DNA of 29,126 nucleotides from an uncultured Deinococcales bacterium (lineage in GTDB: Bacteria > Deinococcota > Deinococci > Deinococcales > JAAFIG01), in assembly GCA_964244895.1 (NCBI GenBank), contig CAXTKV010000046.1:1-29126 (forward strand). The letters are read 5' to 3'. A model generated the notes under the pieces. It had not been told where the DNA came from. It saw nothing but the letters and a program-made list of their open reading frames with translations, and did not search any database. Positions 1 to 8,882 of this stretch are shown here, piece by piece; position 1 is the stretch's first letter; each line of letters starts with the position of its first letter. Position numbers and translations under genes: made by a program.

Positions 1-1
1 C

Positions 2-190
2 TCACGAGACAGCACCTTCTTGATCCTGAGCATGAACCTTCTTGCCGCCAAAGACAGCACCTTCGGGCTTGCGGCGCTGACGGGCAGGATCGCTACCGGG
101 CTGTTCGCGCCTAGCCCACGGTTTCTTGGAACTCGAGGCACCGTTCTGGACGGCGTTCTCGATACCTGAATCAGTCTTTGCCCGTGCCAT
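2..190 (-). CDS. Short hypothetical ORF (62 aa), doubtful
   Basis: ATG at 190, TGA at 4-2 overlapping a GTG (GTGA) that may start a gene leaving the window. Contains one palindromic repeat unit and a 13-bp in-frame duplication (EGAV twice; 7-19 and 52-64). No recognisable family. Confidence 0.3.
   Translation of the reverse strand: MARAKTDSGIENAVQNGASSSKKPWARREQPGSDPARQRRKPEGAVFGGKKVHAQDQEGAVS
132..162. repeat. Palindromic repeat family, single full unit flanked by CTCGAG/CTCGA
   Basis: ctcgag-gcaccgttctggacggcgt-tctcga. Confidence 0.8.
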
Positions 191-201
191 CCGGTTTTAG
201 C

Positions 202-229
202 TCTGACTTCTGACTCCTGATTTCTGACT
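202..229. repeat. Heptamer tandem repeat, 4 copies
   Basis: tctgact tctgact cctgatt tctgact. Confidence 0.8.
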
Positions 230-271
230 GCGTCTCGAGACCCCACGGGAACCCTGGCAGGCTCGACCGCG

Positions 272-277
272 TACAAT
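272..277 (+). promoter_or_regulatory. -10 box for leaderless transcript of DUF2207 gene
   Basis: TACAAT 6 nt upstream of GTG 284, no Shine-Dalgarno. Confidence 0.65.
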
Positions 278-283
278 CGTGAC

Positions 284-2125
284 GTGATCCACACCCCGAG
301 ACGCGCGCTCGCATTCTTCGTGGTCGTCCTGGCGTTCGGCGTCGCCGAGGCGAAATCCTTTCACCTTCAATCCGTCGAGCAGGACGTGTTTTTGCGCGCA
401 GACGGCATGGTTCGGGTCGAGGACGTGCGCACCTTCGCGTTTTCGGGCACGTACTCGAGCGCGTTCTTGACCATCGATCCGCGCGCGGGCGGCAGCGTGC
501 AGTTCGAGAACGTCGAAGCCCTGGACGGCAAAGCCCCGGCCAGCCCGAGCATCGAGGGCAACACGATCCGTTGGCGTTCACCTGCCACGGACGAAACCCG
601 CAAGTTCCGCATCACGTACACGCTGCGCGGGGAGCTTCAGGTCGCGTCCGACGCGGCGCAGTTCGACCGTCAGGTGCTGGAGCCAGTCCACGCGCCGGTG
701 GATCGGTACACGGTGCGCCTGCACGCGCCAGCCGCGAACCCCAGCCTCTTTCGGGTTTTCGTGTACACCAAAAATTCCAGGATCGGACAGTTGAACATCG
801 ACGCGCCGCGCGGCCTGGCCACCGTCACGGTCTCGCCCGTCAGCGAGGACGAATTTATCAGGACGCAAGTTTTTTTGCCCGCCGGTCAGTTCGCGCCGCG
901 CACGATTGTGGGCAACAAATTTCCTGACTGGATCGAACAGGTTCGTCAGGACACGCGAGGCTTCCGCGATGCCTCGCGCGGGGCGCTCGAGAAGGGCGGG
1001 TTTGCGCCGCCGCCACCGCCGACGCCGTGGTACTTGTTGCTCCTGCCGTTCGTGGGCTTCGCTTACGTTTTCGGCAGCGTCTGGGACGCGTACTGGAAGT
1101 ACGGCAAGGAACCGGTCACGCAGGATGTCGGGCGTTACTACCGCGAACCCGCCGAGGACATCCCGCCGAACGCCGTGCCGTTCGTGCTGACCCAATCGGG
1201 CGGTGGATCGCTCGGGCCAGCCGTCAGCGCGACCCTGCTGGATTTCGCGCGCAAGGGGTACGTCAGCCTGGAAAAGCGCCACAACGCCGGGTTGTTCGGC
1301 ATTGGCGCGTCGGATGACACGTGCTTCAGGCTCGAGAAAGACCCCACCGGCCAGCCGACACCTTTCGAGCAGAGCCTCTGGCGGGTGCTGCGCGCCTCTG
1401 CGGGCAGCGATGGCGTGGTCACACCCGCTGAATTGCGCTCGAGCTTTCAGAATTCCACCAGCCTGGCCCAGACCCTGAGCGCCATGCCGCGCCAGTGGTA
1501 CGAAACGGTCAAGGGTTCGTTGGTGGATCAGGGCACGCGCAAGTTCACCGCGCCCGTGGTGATCGTCGCGTTCGTGATCGCGGTCTTGAGCTTCATCCTC
1601 GGGTTTTTCCTGGTCGGTCTGACCGAAGCCATCGGCATCGCGCTGATCGTGGCGGGTGTGCTGACGCTGATCGTGGCAATCGTCGCCACGCAGATTCTGC
1701 CGCGCTGGAACGCGGACAAATTGCTGAACGCCAAACGTTGGATCGCGTACCGCAATTTCCTTTCGGACTTTTCGCAGATGGAAACCGCGCCCGCCGAACA
1801 CTACAAACTCTGGGATTACCACTTCGTCTACGCCACCGCGCTCGGCGTGGCTCAGGCGTACTTGCGCAACCTGCGCCGGATCGAGCAATCGCACCCCGGC
1901 ACGATTTACGCGCCCCTGTGGCTCGGGTCGTACACCGGCGACCCGCGCGGCGGCATCCCGAGTGGGCTCGATTTGACCAGCCTGAATTCCCTGGAAAGCA
2001 TCGCCAGCAACCTGAAATCCCTGGAAAGCGGCCTCTCGCCCAAATCGGAAGGTTCCGGCGGCGGTTTCGGCGGTGGATCATCCGGGGGAAGCTCCGGCGG
2101 TGGCGGCTCGAGCGGTGCGAACTGA
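284..2125 (+). CDS. DUF2207-family membrane protein
   Basis: Signal peptide, extracellular beta domain, TM segments, 'AVSATLLDFARKGYV', 'W.AYRNFLSDFS...LWDYHFVYATALGV', Gly/Ser-rich C-terminus; adjacent to lemA as is typical. Confidence 0.85.
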   Translation: MIHTPRRALAFFVVVLAFGVAEAKSFHLQSVEQDVFLRADGMVRVEDVRTFAFSGTYSSAFLTIDPRAGGSVQFENVEALDGKAPASPSIEGNTIRWRSPATDETRKFRITYTLRGELQVASDAAQFDRQVLEPVHAPVDRYTVRLHAPAANPSLFRVFVYTKNSRIGQLNIDAPRGLATVTVSPVSEDEFIRTQVFLPAGQFAPRTIVGNKFPDWIEQVRQDTRGFRDASRGALEKGGFAPPPPPTPWYLLLLPFVGFAYVFGSVWDAYWKYGKEPVTQDVGRYYREPAEDIPPNAVPFVLTQSGGGSLGPAVSATLLDFARKGYVSLEKRHNAGLFGIGASDDTCFRLEKDPTGQPTPFEQSLWRVLRASAGSDGVVTPAELRSSFQNSTSLAQTLSAMPRQWYETVKGSLVDQGTRKFTAPVVIVAFVIAVLSFILGFFLVGLTEAIGIALIVAGVLTLIVAIVATQILPRWNADKLLNAKRWIAYRNFLSDFSQMETAPAEHYKLWDYHFVYATALGVAQAYLRNLRRIEQSHPGTIYAPLWLGSYTGDPRGGIPSGLDLTSLNSLESIASNLKSLESGLSPKSEGSGGGFGGGSSGGSSGGGGSSGAN

Positions 2126-2247
2126 GCAGCGTCGTATTGATCTCGCCGCAGAGAATTCTCGAGTTTGGATTTCAGGCGACTCCGAGCCCATTCGCAACCT
2201 TTACGAAGACCGCCGCAGACGCAGAACCACCGATTTCAACCCGAGAT

Positions 2248-2266
2248 ATTCCGTCCAGAACGGTCT
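2248..2266. repeat. Palindromic repeat family, degenerate singleton
   Basis: attccgtccagaacggtct preceded by cccgag. Confidence 0.55.
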
Positions 2267-2351
2267 TCTGGGCAACCGTAAAACCCCAATTCGGCACCCT
2301 CGCCCGCCTCGCACCCGAGCCCGCATCGCCCCGTTGTGAAAGGAGCACCAC

Positions 2352-2900
2352 ATGACTGGAATCGTTTTGATCGTCATCCTCGTCGTCCTCGCGCTGATCG
2401 CCGTCAGCCTCTACAACCGCATCGTCAGCCTGGACAACCGCGTCGGCAACGCCTTCTCGCAGGTCGACGTGCAACTCAAGCAGCGCAACGACCTGATCCC
2501 GAACCTGGTCAACACCGTCAAGGGCTACGCCAACTTCGAGCAATCGACCCTTCAGGCCGTGACCGACGCGCGCGCGCGCATGGCCGGAGCGACCAGCATC
2601 GAGGACAAGGTCGGCGCCAGCAACATGATGAGCGCCGCGCTCGGCAAGCTCTTCGCGGTCGCGGAAGCCTACCCGGACCTGAAGGCCAACGCCAGCTTCC
2701 TGGATTTGCAGGGTCAGCTCTCCGGGCTCGAGCAGAAGATCGCGTACTCCAGGCAGTTCTTCAACGACACCGTGCTGGAGTACAACAACGCCATCACGAC
2801 CGTTCCGGGCGTGTTCCTGGCCGGGCCGATGGGCAAGACCAGCAAGCCGATGTTCCAGGCCAGCGACGCGGAACGCAGCGTGCCGCAAGTCCAGTTCTGA
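2352..2900 (+). CDS. lemA: LemA family protein
   Basis: N-terminal TM, 'YNRIV...NAFSQVDVQLKQRNDLIPNLV..VKGYA', 'EAYPDLKAN'; RBS AAGGAG. Confidence 0.95.
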   Translation: MTGIVLIVILVVLALIAVSLYNRIVSLDNRVGNAFSQVDVQLKQRNDLIPNLVNTVKGYANFEQSTLQAVTDARARMAGATSIEDKVGASNMMSAALGKLFAVAEAYPDLKANASFLDLQGQLSGLEQKIAYSRQFFNDTVLEYNNAITTVPGVFLAGPMGKTSKPMFQASDAERSVPQVQF

Positions 2901-2914
2901 CCGAGCGATAAAGC

Positions 2915-2958
2915 GCGTCCCGGACGGTGTGGTTCCTCGAGAACACCGTCCGGGACGC
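2915..2958. repeat. Palindromic repeat doublet, reversed orientation around a central CTCGAG
   Basis: Perfect 16-bp IR gcgtcccggacggtgt / acaccgtccgggacgc with 12-nt spacer ggttcctcgaga; between convergent lemA and recO. Confidence 0.9.
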
Positions 2959-3086
2959 ATTTAATTTGGTAAATCGAGACAATCCTGAGGGTGCTGCGAG
3001 CAGGCGCTCTCGACGCGCGTCCGGCGCAGCCCCTGCGAAAAAGAGCTTCGAGTGGGCTGAAATCTCAGACCCGAGGGCGTCCAGCG

Positions 3087-3848
3087 TCAGGCCAGAATCT
3101 CGAGTTCGATGGGCTGGGACGCCTGCGCTCGGGCTAGACGGAGCGCGGCCCAGGCGTGAATCTCGCCGATGTGGTGGCGGGTGTAGGCCTCGAGCGCGCG
3201 CCACAGGGCTTCTCGGGTGACGGCATCGAGGTCGTCGTCGAGCACCTCGCGCACCGTGCCTCGAGACATGCGCTGGAGTTCGTCCACGGCGTCCTCGCCG
3301 ATGCGCATGCCGCGAGCGATCCGACCCGAAAGCACGCCGCCAGCCACGGGATCAAAATGCGTCAGTCCGGTGTCGTCGCCCGTTTCCAGGCAGCGCACGA
3401 CGCGCGGGTACAACCCGTGCAGGGCCAGCAACTTCCAGGCGATCACCAGCCCCACCCGATCCGGGTCGTGGTGGCGCACCAAGCCGCGCAGGCCGCCGCT
3501 GAAGAGCTCGAAGCCAGCCTGTCCCACGAAATCGTTCTCCTGCCAGACCCGATCCGCCAGTTCCGCCAGGAGGTGCGCGAACGGGTAACGCGATGGGTCG
3601 GTCAGGGTCGGCAGCGCGCCCTCGAGTTGCACTTGCGTGATCGTGGCCAGGTCGTTGCCGGGGCGCTCATAGAGTTGCAGCGTCAGGTGCTGAAACAGGT
3701 TCAGGCGCGGCGAGCGCGGCCCTTTGACGCCGGAACGCGCGACCGCGCGGAGCTTGCCTTCCGGGGTCAGCACGCCCAGGATCACGTCCCCGGCTGGGGT
3801 CACGGAACGCCTCAGCACGATGCCCGAACGGACGCGATACCGACTCAC
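3087..3848 (-). CDS. recO: DNA repair protein RecO
   Basis: 'GIVLRRSVTPAGDVILGVLTPEGKLRAVARSG...RLNLFQH' N-terminal OB fold followed by helical domain, Deinococcus/Thermus-like; TATGAT 6 nt upstream of GTG. Confidence 0.92.
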   Translation of the reverse strand: MSRYRVRSGIVLRRSVTPAGDVILGVLTPEGKLRAVARSGVKGPRSPRLNLFQHLTLQLYERPGNDLATITQVQLEGALPTLTDPSRYPFAHLLAELADRVWQENDFVGQAGFELFSGGLRGLVRHHDPDRVGLVIAWKLLALHGLYPRVVRCLETGDDTGLTHFDPVAGGVLSGRIARGMRIGEDAVDELQRMSRGTVREVLDDDLDAVTREALWRALEAYTRHHIGEIHAWAALRLARAQASQPIELEILA

Positions 3849-3894
3849 GCCCGAATCATAACCCGGCAGACGCGGATCATCAAAGCCGCGAATA

Positions 3895-4000
3895 TCGTGC
3901 TGGACGGCGTTCGCATGCGCAAGTCGGATTTGGTGCGCGTCCGAGATTTCAGGAACACCGTTCCGGGCGGTATTGATAAAATGCGTGCTGGACGGTGTTC
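3895..4000. repeat. Palindromic repeat singleton (3895-3910) plus doublet (3955-3998, 12-nt spacer)
   Basis: tcgtgctggacggcgt; acaccgttccgggcgg-tattgataaaat-gcgtgctggacggtgt. Confidence 0.85.
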
Positions 4001-4070
4001 TCTAGGACTTCAGGATCACTTCAGATGTGGGTCGCGCCCGGAATCTCGAGCTGAACCTTGACGGCCCGGT

Positions 4071-5474
4071 TCACGCCCGTTCGAGCGGTAACCGTACCGT
4101 CACGGTCGTTCCCTGCCCGAGGGCGCTCGAGATCTCGGACTGCCCGCCGTGCGCCACCGTCACGCCCTGCACGACCGCCAGTCCCAACCCGAAGCCGTCG
4201 CGGTGCGTCGGATCGGCCCGGTTGAAGGCCTCGAACAACAGCGTGAGCTTGTCGGCGGGAATTCCGATGCCGGTGTCGCGCACGCGCAGCACGGCGCTGG
4301 TGATTTCGGGGTGAACCTCGAGTGCGATCTCGCCGGAGTGCGTGTACTTGATGGCGTTGCCGATCAGATTCTCGACCATCCGTGAGAGCAGCACGCGATC
4401 GCCGAGGATGCGGGTCGGCGAGCCGTTGACTTCCAGACTCAGGTTCTTGGCGGCAGCCAAGGGCATCATGCGATCTACGGCGTCGGAGGCGATGTCCAGA
4501 AGCTCCAGCGGGGTGCGCGCAATCGGTTCGTTGACCTGAGTGCGTTGCAGCGTCAGCAAGTTCGAGGCCAGATCGTACATGTGGGTCGCCACGCGCAACG
4601 ACCGCCGCAGCGCCAAGCGTTGATCGTCGCTGGAGCGGGGTTTGGCCAGCGCGTGCTCGAGTTCCGCGACCAGCGCCGTGATCGGCGTGCGCAATTCGTG
4701 GGATGCGTCCGCCAGGAACCGCGCCTCGCGCTCGCGTTGCTCGAGCGTCAGCCTGCGGCTCTGCTCGATGGCGCGAGCCAGCGTGCCGATCTCGTCGGTG
4801 CGGTGCGTACCGGGGATCGGGTCGTGCGCTTCCAGGTCGTCCACACGGCGCGTCAGGTGCTCCAGATCGACGGTCGCGGTGTTGACCGCCAGCACCGTCA
4901 CCAGGCCCGCCAAGAGCGCCGCGATCAGCGTGCCGAACGAACTGATGCGGGCGTAAGAACGGATCGTGCCCTCGATCGGTGCGAGCGGACGACCGATCTG
5001 CACGATCAACCCGCCGCGCCGTTCGCTGCGGACGCGCCAGCCGTCGCAACTGCACACCGCGCGCTGAGCGCTCGTGATCAGAAATCGGCTGTCCAAAGGT
5101 TCCGGCGAATCCGGCCCGCTGCCCCAGATCAGCTTGCGCGGCGCGGCGTCGCGGTACACGAAGGCGGTGGCGCTGCCGTTGACGCTCTGAAGGCTGTCGT
5201 CGGCGGTGGTCGAGGGTTCGTTGGTGCTCGACTCGAGCGCCTCGTTCATGACGATGCGGGTCATGACGCTCAGTTCCTCGTCCAGATCGCGCACGCGCGA
5301 ACGCTCCAGGGCCAGCCCGGAACTGATGGCCAGCGCCGCCAGCGCCAGCAGCGTCACCAGGCTCGAGAGCGCCGCCAGCCGATACCGCAAGCTGATCGCG
5401 GCCCAAAAAGACCATCGGGGACGGGGCTTCCCGGATTCGTGGGGCTGAATGATCGCCGCGCGTTTTAAATTCAC
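4071..5474 (-). CDS. Sensor histidine kinase (2 TM, HAMP, HisKA, HATPase); start uncertain
   Basis: 'FLADASHELRTP' H-box, 'NLIGNAIKYT' N-box, 'DTGIGI' G1, 'GFGLGL' G2. Confidence 0.93.
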   Translation of the reverse strand: MNLKRAAIIQPHESGKPRPRWSFWAAISLRYRLAALSSLVTLLALAALAISSGLALERSRVRDLDEELSVMTRIVMNEALESSTNEPSTTADDSLQSVNGSATAFVYRDAAPRKLIWGSGPDSPEPLDSRFLITSAQRAVCSCDGWRVRSERRGGLIVQIGRPLAPIEGTIRSYARISSFGTLIAALLAGLVTVLAVNTATVDLEHLTRRVDDLEAHDPIPGTHRTDEIGTLARAIEQSRRLTLEQREREARFLADASHELRTPITALVAELEHALAKPRSSDDQRLALRRSLRVATHMYDLASNLLTLQRTQVNEPIARTPLELLDIASDAVDRMMPLAAAKNLSLEVNGSPTRILGDRVLLSRMVENLIGNAIKYTHSGEIALEVHPEITSAVLRVRDTGIGIPADKLTLLFEAFNRADPTHRDGFGLGLAVVQGVTVAHGGQSEISSALGQGTTVTVRLPLERA

Positions 5475-5534
5475 TCGCCCATCCCGAGGGCTCGAGCGGG
5501 TCTGGACTGGCGTACTCGGGCGGCGGGCATCATC

Positions 5535-6197
5535 TCAGGCGGGAAAGCGGTAGCCGATGCCGCGCACGGTTTCGACCACCCATTCCGCGAGCTTCTTGCG
5601 GAGGTTCTTGACGTACACGTCCACCACGTTGGTTTCCGCGTTGTAATCCGAATCCCAGACGCGCTCGATGATCTGATCGCGCTCGAAGAGCTTGCCGGGA
5701 GTGGACGCCAGCAGCTCCAGGATCGCGTACTCCTTGGCGGTCAGGTGAACCACCCGGCCATCCAAGGTGACGGATCGCGCGTTGAAATCCACCCGCAGGC
5801 CGTTGCGCTCGAGCGCCGTGTCCGGCGTGGAGCGCGTGCGCCGCAAGAGCGCGCGCAACCTGGCCTGCACCTCGCTGATGTGGAACGGTTTGGTCAGGTA
5901 ATCGTCGCCGCCCGCGTCCAAGCCGGACACCCGATCCGCCAGGGAATCTCTGGCCGTCAAGAACAGCACCGGGGCGTGAACGTTGCGGGCGCGCACGGCC
6001 CGCACGAACTCGAAACCCGCGTCCGGGCCGTCCGGCAAGCGCACGTCCACCACCATGACGCTGTACGGGTACGTCAGGGTCATGTTTTCCGCCTCGAGCC
6101 GGGTTTCGGCCTCGTCCACCGCGAAGCCCGCCTCGCGCAAGCTGGCCGCCAAAGGGGCACGGATTCCGGGATCGTCCTCGAGCAAAAGCAGTCGCAC
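5535..6197 (-). CDS. OmpR/PhoB-family response regulator
   Basis: 'RLLLLEDD...DVRLPDG...LTARD...GGDDYLTKPF', winged helix 'LTAKEYAILELL...VETVRGIGY'; GTG 6197 preceded by TATGAT (6 nt); alternative in-frame ATG at 6257. Confidence 0.93.
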   Translation of the reverse strand: MRLLLLEDDPGIRAPLAASLREAGFAVDEAETRLEAENMTLTYPYSVMVVDVRLPDGPDAGFEFVRAVRARNVHAPVLFLTARDSLADRVSGLDAGGDDYLTKPFHISEVQARLRALLRRTRSTPDTALERNGLRVDFNARSVTLDGRVVHLTAKEYAILELLASTPGKLFERDQIIERVWDSDYNAETNVVDVYVKNLRKKLAEWVVETVRGIGYRFPA

Positions 6198-6412
6198 ATC
6201 GCCATCATAGCGCGCACCGGAAGGCGTCCAGTTCGCCGGATTCGTCTCGAGCCTCATCGGGGCAGTTTGAACCCGGCACGTGAAGCACAGGTGGAAAGCC
6301 TGGCCGGGATCGTCTCGAGCCCGGTCGATGCCTGAATTCCGGCGGCACTCGCGCTCCTCGGGCGGGCGTACCGAACCCGAGCGAGGCCCTCGGCGGGCGG
6401 AACCGCCCGCCC

Positions 6413-6469
6413 AGACCGTCCTGGACGCAGTCTTTGTGCGCTCGAGAAACCCTGTCCTGGACGGCGTTC
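6413..6469. repeat. Palindromic repeat doublet, 23-nt spacer containing CTCGAG
   Basis: agaccgtcctggacgc (6413-6428) ... ctgtcctggacggcgt (6452-6467). Confidence 0.85.
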
Positions 6470-6557
6470 CCTGAAAGGTCGATGCCCGAACGCGCGGCGC
6501 ACCCGCGTCGCGGATTGAATTCCACCCGCGTTTCATCATTCCAGGGTCAAATAAGCC

Positions 6558-7622
6558 ATGATCCGAACCCCGAGCATCACCGCGCGGTTTCACAGAGCCC
6601 GATACGCGCTCGCCTTGATCGCCTCGATCGCCGGGTCTGGACTGGTTCCGGTGCGCGCCGCAGACGCAAACTACGCCTACCGAACCCCGGCCTTCACGCG
6701 ATTGATCGACGAATCCGGCAAGTTCACCAACTCGAGCGAGGCGGACGGATTTTATTCGTGGTTCGAGCGCCAATACGTTGCGAATCCGAGCGTGCAACCC
6801 GCCGATCTGCGCGGTTTGCCGTTGATGCGCGCGCTGGAAAAACGCCGCGTGCAGATCGCGGCCTCGCGCGGCCAAAAACGCACGCAGCTCGAGATTTCCA
6901 CCGGAGCCTGGTTGCACCGCACGATCAAAAAAGTCATCCCGACCTTCAGCCTGGATCGCGGGTTCGAGTTCAGCTATACCGTCTCTCGCGGTGAGCGCCA
7001 GTGCCTGCTGCAATCGGTGCTGATCGCGGGCTTGCTGCAAAAAATGGGCGTTAACGCGGGCCTGGCGATGGTCTGGCGCAACCCGCAGGGCTCTGAAAGT
7101 AACCTCGGGCACGCCGCGACGCTGGTGCGCTTCCCCGACCGGGACATCCTGGTGGACGCCTCCGAACCCGAACCATTCGCCACGCACCAGGGTTTGTTCG
7201 TGCTGAACGCCGTCACGCATGCGTACACCTTCGTGCTGCCCACCTATGCCGAGGACTCGAGCATCACGGCGTACAAGACCCCCGGCGGTCAGGCCGTGGA
7301 CACCTCGAGCGCGCGCGGGCTGGACTACGACTTCGTGCGATCCCAGTTCTACTTCTATCGCGGCGAACGCGCCACGGACGGTTTCCTGGCGAAACCCGGC
7401 ACGACCGAAGGGCTCACGGCTTCCGCCCGCGCCCTCGAGACCGCAATCAAGATTCAGCCGCGCAACCCGCTGGCCGAGTACGTGCTGGGCCACGTCTACA
7501 GGCGGCTCGGGCAACCCGATCAGGCGCGCGCCCAGTACGCCAAGGGCTACCAGCTTTACCAGTCTTTCGGTTACGTCCCGGCGGGTGCGCAGGCGGCGTA
7601 CACGGAGTACGTCGCGAAATGA
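6558..7622 (+). CDS. Exported protein with transglutaminase-like (Cys-His-Asp) core and C-terminal TPR
   Basis: Sec-type signal; 'GERQCLLQSVLIAGLL...GHAATL...LVDAS'; TPR 'ALETAIKIQPRNPLAEYVLGHVYRRLGQPDQARAQY'. Confidence 0.7.
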   Translation: MIRTPSITARFHRARYALALIASIAGSGLVPVRAADANYAYRTPAFTRLIDESGKFTNSSEADGFYSWFERQYVANPSVQPADLRGLPLMRALEKRRVQIAASRGQKRTQLEISTGAWLHRTIKKVIPTFSLDRGFEFSYTVSRGERQCLLQSVLIAGLLQKMGVNAGLAMVWRNPQGSESNLGHAATLVRFPDRDILVDASEPEPFATHQGLFVLNAVTHAYTFVLPTYAEDSSITAYKTPGGQAVDTSSARGLDYDFVRSQFYFYRGERATDGFLAKPGTTEGLTASARALETAIKIQPRNPLAEYVLGHVYRRLGQPDQARAQYAKGYQLYQSFGYVPAGAQAAYTEYVAK

Positions 7623-8881
7623 TTTCCAGAAGACAGTTCCTGTTGCTCTCGGGCGCGCTCGGAACCGAACTGCTGCTGCCTGCGGCGTTCGCCGAGAGGC
7701 GCAAACCCGGACTCGTGGAGCGCGCACCACTGCCGCTGGTGCGCCCACCCGGCGGTGTTCCCGGAGCCATCCAGCCGCTCGCACCCGGACAGCGCCCGGC
7801 CAAACCGCTCTCGGAACTGATCGTGACGCCGCTCGCACCGGAAGTCGCCAAGGTCGAATACGCCACCAACGGTTTCATCGAGGTGGCGCACGCGCTGGTG
7901 CTGGTTCCCATGCGCGAGAGCGGCATCGTGCCGGAACTGCAACTCGCGCAGGCCGCCGTGGAACGCACCTTCGACGCCCGCCCGACGCTGGACGAGGTGG
8001 ATGTCAGCGTCTACCGCGCCGGGAGCTACCAGGGTTTCGGCGGCCCGTTGCCGCGCCTGACGGCCAGCGTGCCGCGCGCACGCCTGAACGCCTTTCTGGC
8101 GCTCGAGGCGCAAACCATCAAGGACTACGAGCGCATCTGGGTCAACCCGGTCGCCGTGCCGCCCCAACCGAGCCGGGCGCCATCAGACGTGCTCGAGATC
8201 GCACCCGTCTACGGCAGCGACCAGAACGGGGTTCGCGGCCAGCAGGTCAAACAGCTCGCCGCCCAGGCAACCGGAGCCGTGCGCGGCGGCCTGTTCTTTC
8301 ACGGCAACCCCAGGCAAGCCGTGGCGGCGCTCAGCTTCGACGACGCCCCGCACCCCTTGTACGAACCCCTGCTGCTGGATGATCTGAAACGCTCCAGCGC
8401 CAAAGCGACCTTTTTTTGCATCGGGCGAAACGCTCGGGCGTACCCGTACTTCGTGCGCGACATGGTCGAACAGGGTCACGAAGTCGGCAACCACACCTTC
8501 CACCACGTCCGGCTGCTGGGCTTGCCCGCCGATGCCGTGCGCGACGAACTCGAGACGACCAATACAGTGCTCGAGGGCATCACGGGAAAGCCCGTGCGCT
8601 ACTTCAGACCGCCCGGCGGCGAGTACAGCCCGCTGACCTTGCAGATCGCATCCAGGCTCGGGCTGACGACCGCCTTCTGGACGGACGATCCCGGCGATTT
8701 CGACAACCTGGGGGATGTCGTGCTGCGATCCAGGCTGACCCGAAAGTTGCGCGATGGCGGCATCGTGCTGCTGCACGACAACGTGCTCGAGACCATCGAG
8801 GTGCTCTCGCCATTTCTTCGCACCGCGCGTTTGCGCGGTATCAAGCTCACGACCGTCGGAGGGCTCGACGCAGGAGGTTGA
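7619..8881 (+). CDS. Tat-exported polysaccharide deacetylase (NodB/CE4) with uncharacterised N-terminal domain
   Basis: 'MISRRQFL' twin-arginine signal; CE4 motifs FDDAP, HTFHH, FRPPGG, LLHD; ATGA overlap with upstream gene. Confidence 0.9.
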   Translation: MISRRQFLLLSGALGTELLLPAAFAERRKPGLVERAPLPLVRPPGGVPGAIQPLAPGQRPAKPLSELIVTPLAPEVAKVEYATNGFIEVAHALVLVPMRESGIVPELQLAQAAVERTFDARPTLDEVDVSVYRAGSYQGFGGPLPRLTASVPRARLNAFLALEAQTIKDYERIWVNPVAVPPQPSRAPSDVLEIAPVYGSDQNGVRGQQVKQLAAQATGAVRGGLFFHGNPRQAVAALSFDDAPHPLYEPLLLDDLKRSSAKATFFCIGRNARAYPYFVRDMVEQGHEVGNHTFHHVRLLGLPADAVRDELETTNTVLEGITGKPVRYFRPPGGEYSPLTLQIASRLGLTTAFWTDDPGDFDNLGDVVLRSRLTRKLRDGGIVLLHDNVLETIEVLSPFLRTARLRGIKLTTVGGLDAGG

Positions 8882-8882
8882 C

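Noticed and set aside
284..2900. DUF2207-lemA pair as a new system
   Set aside because: A commonly observed gene pairing, with nothing unusual here.
5535..7838. 767-aa ORF as a giant response-regulator fusion
   Set aside because: The N-terminal ~530 aa are antisense to the real genes at 6558-8881 and cross repeat DNA; the receiver domain starts at 6197 (or 6257).
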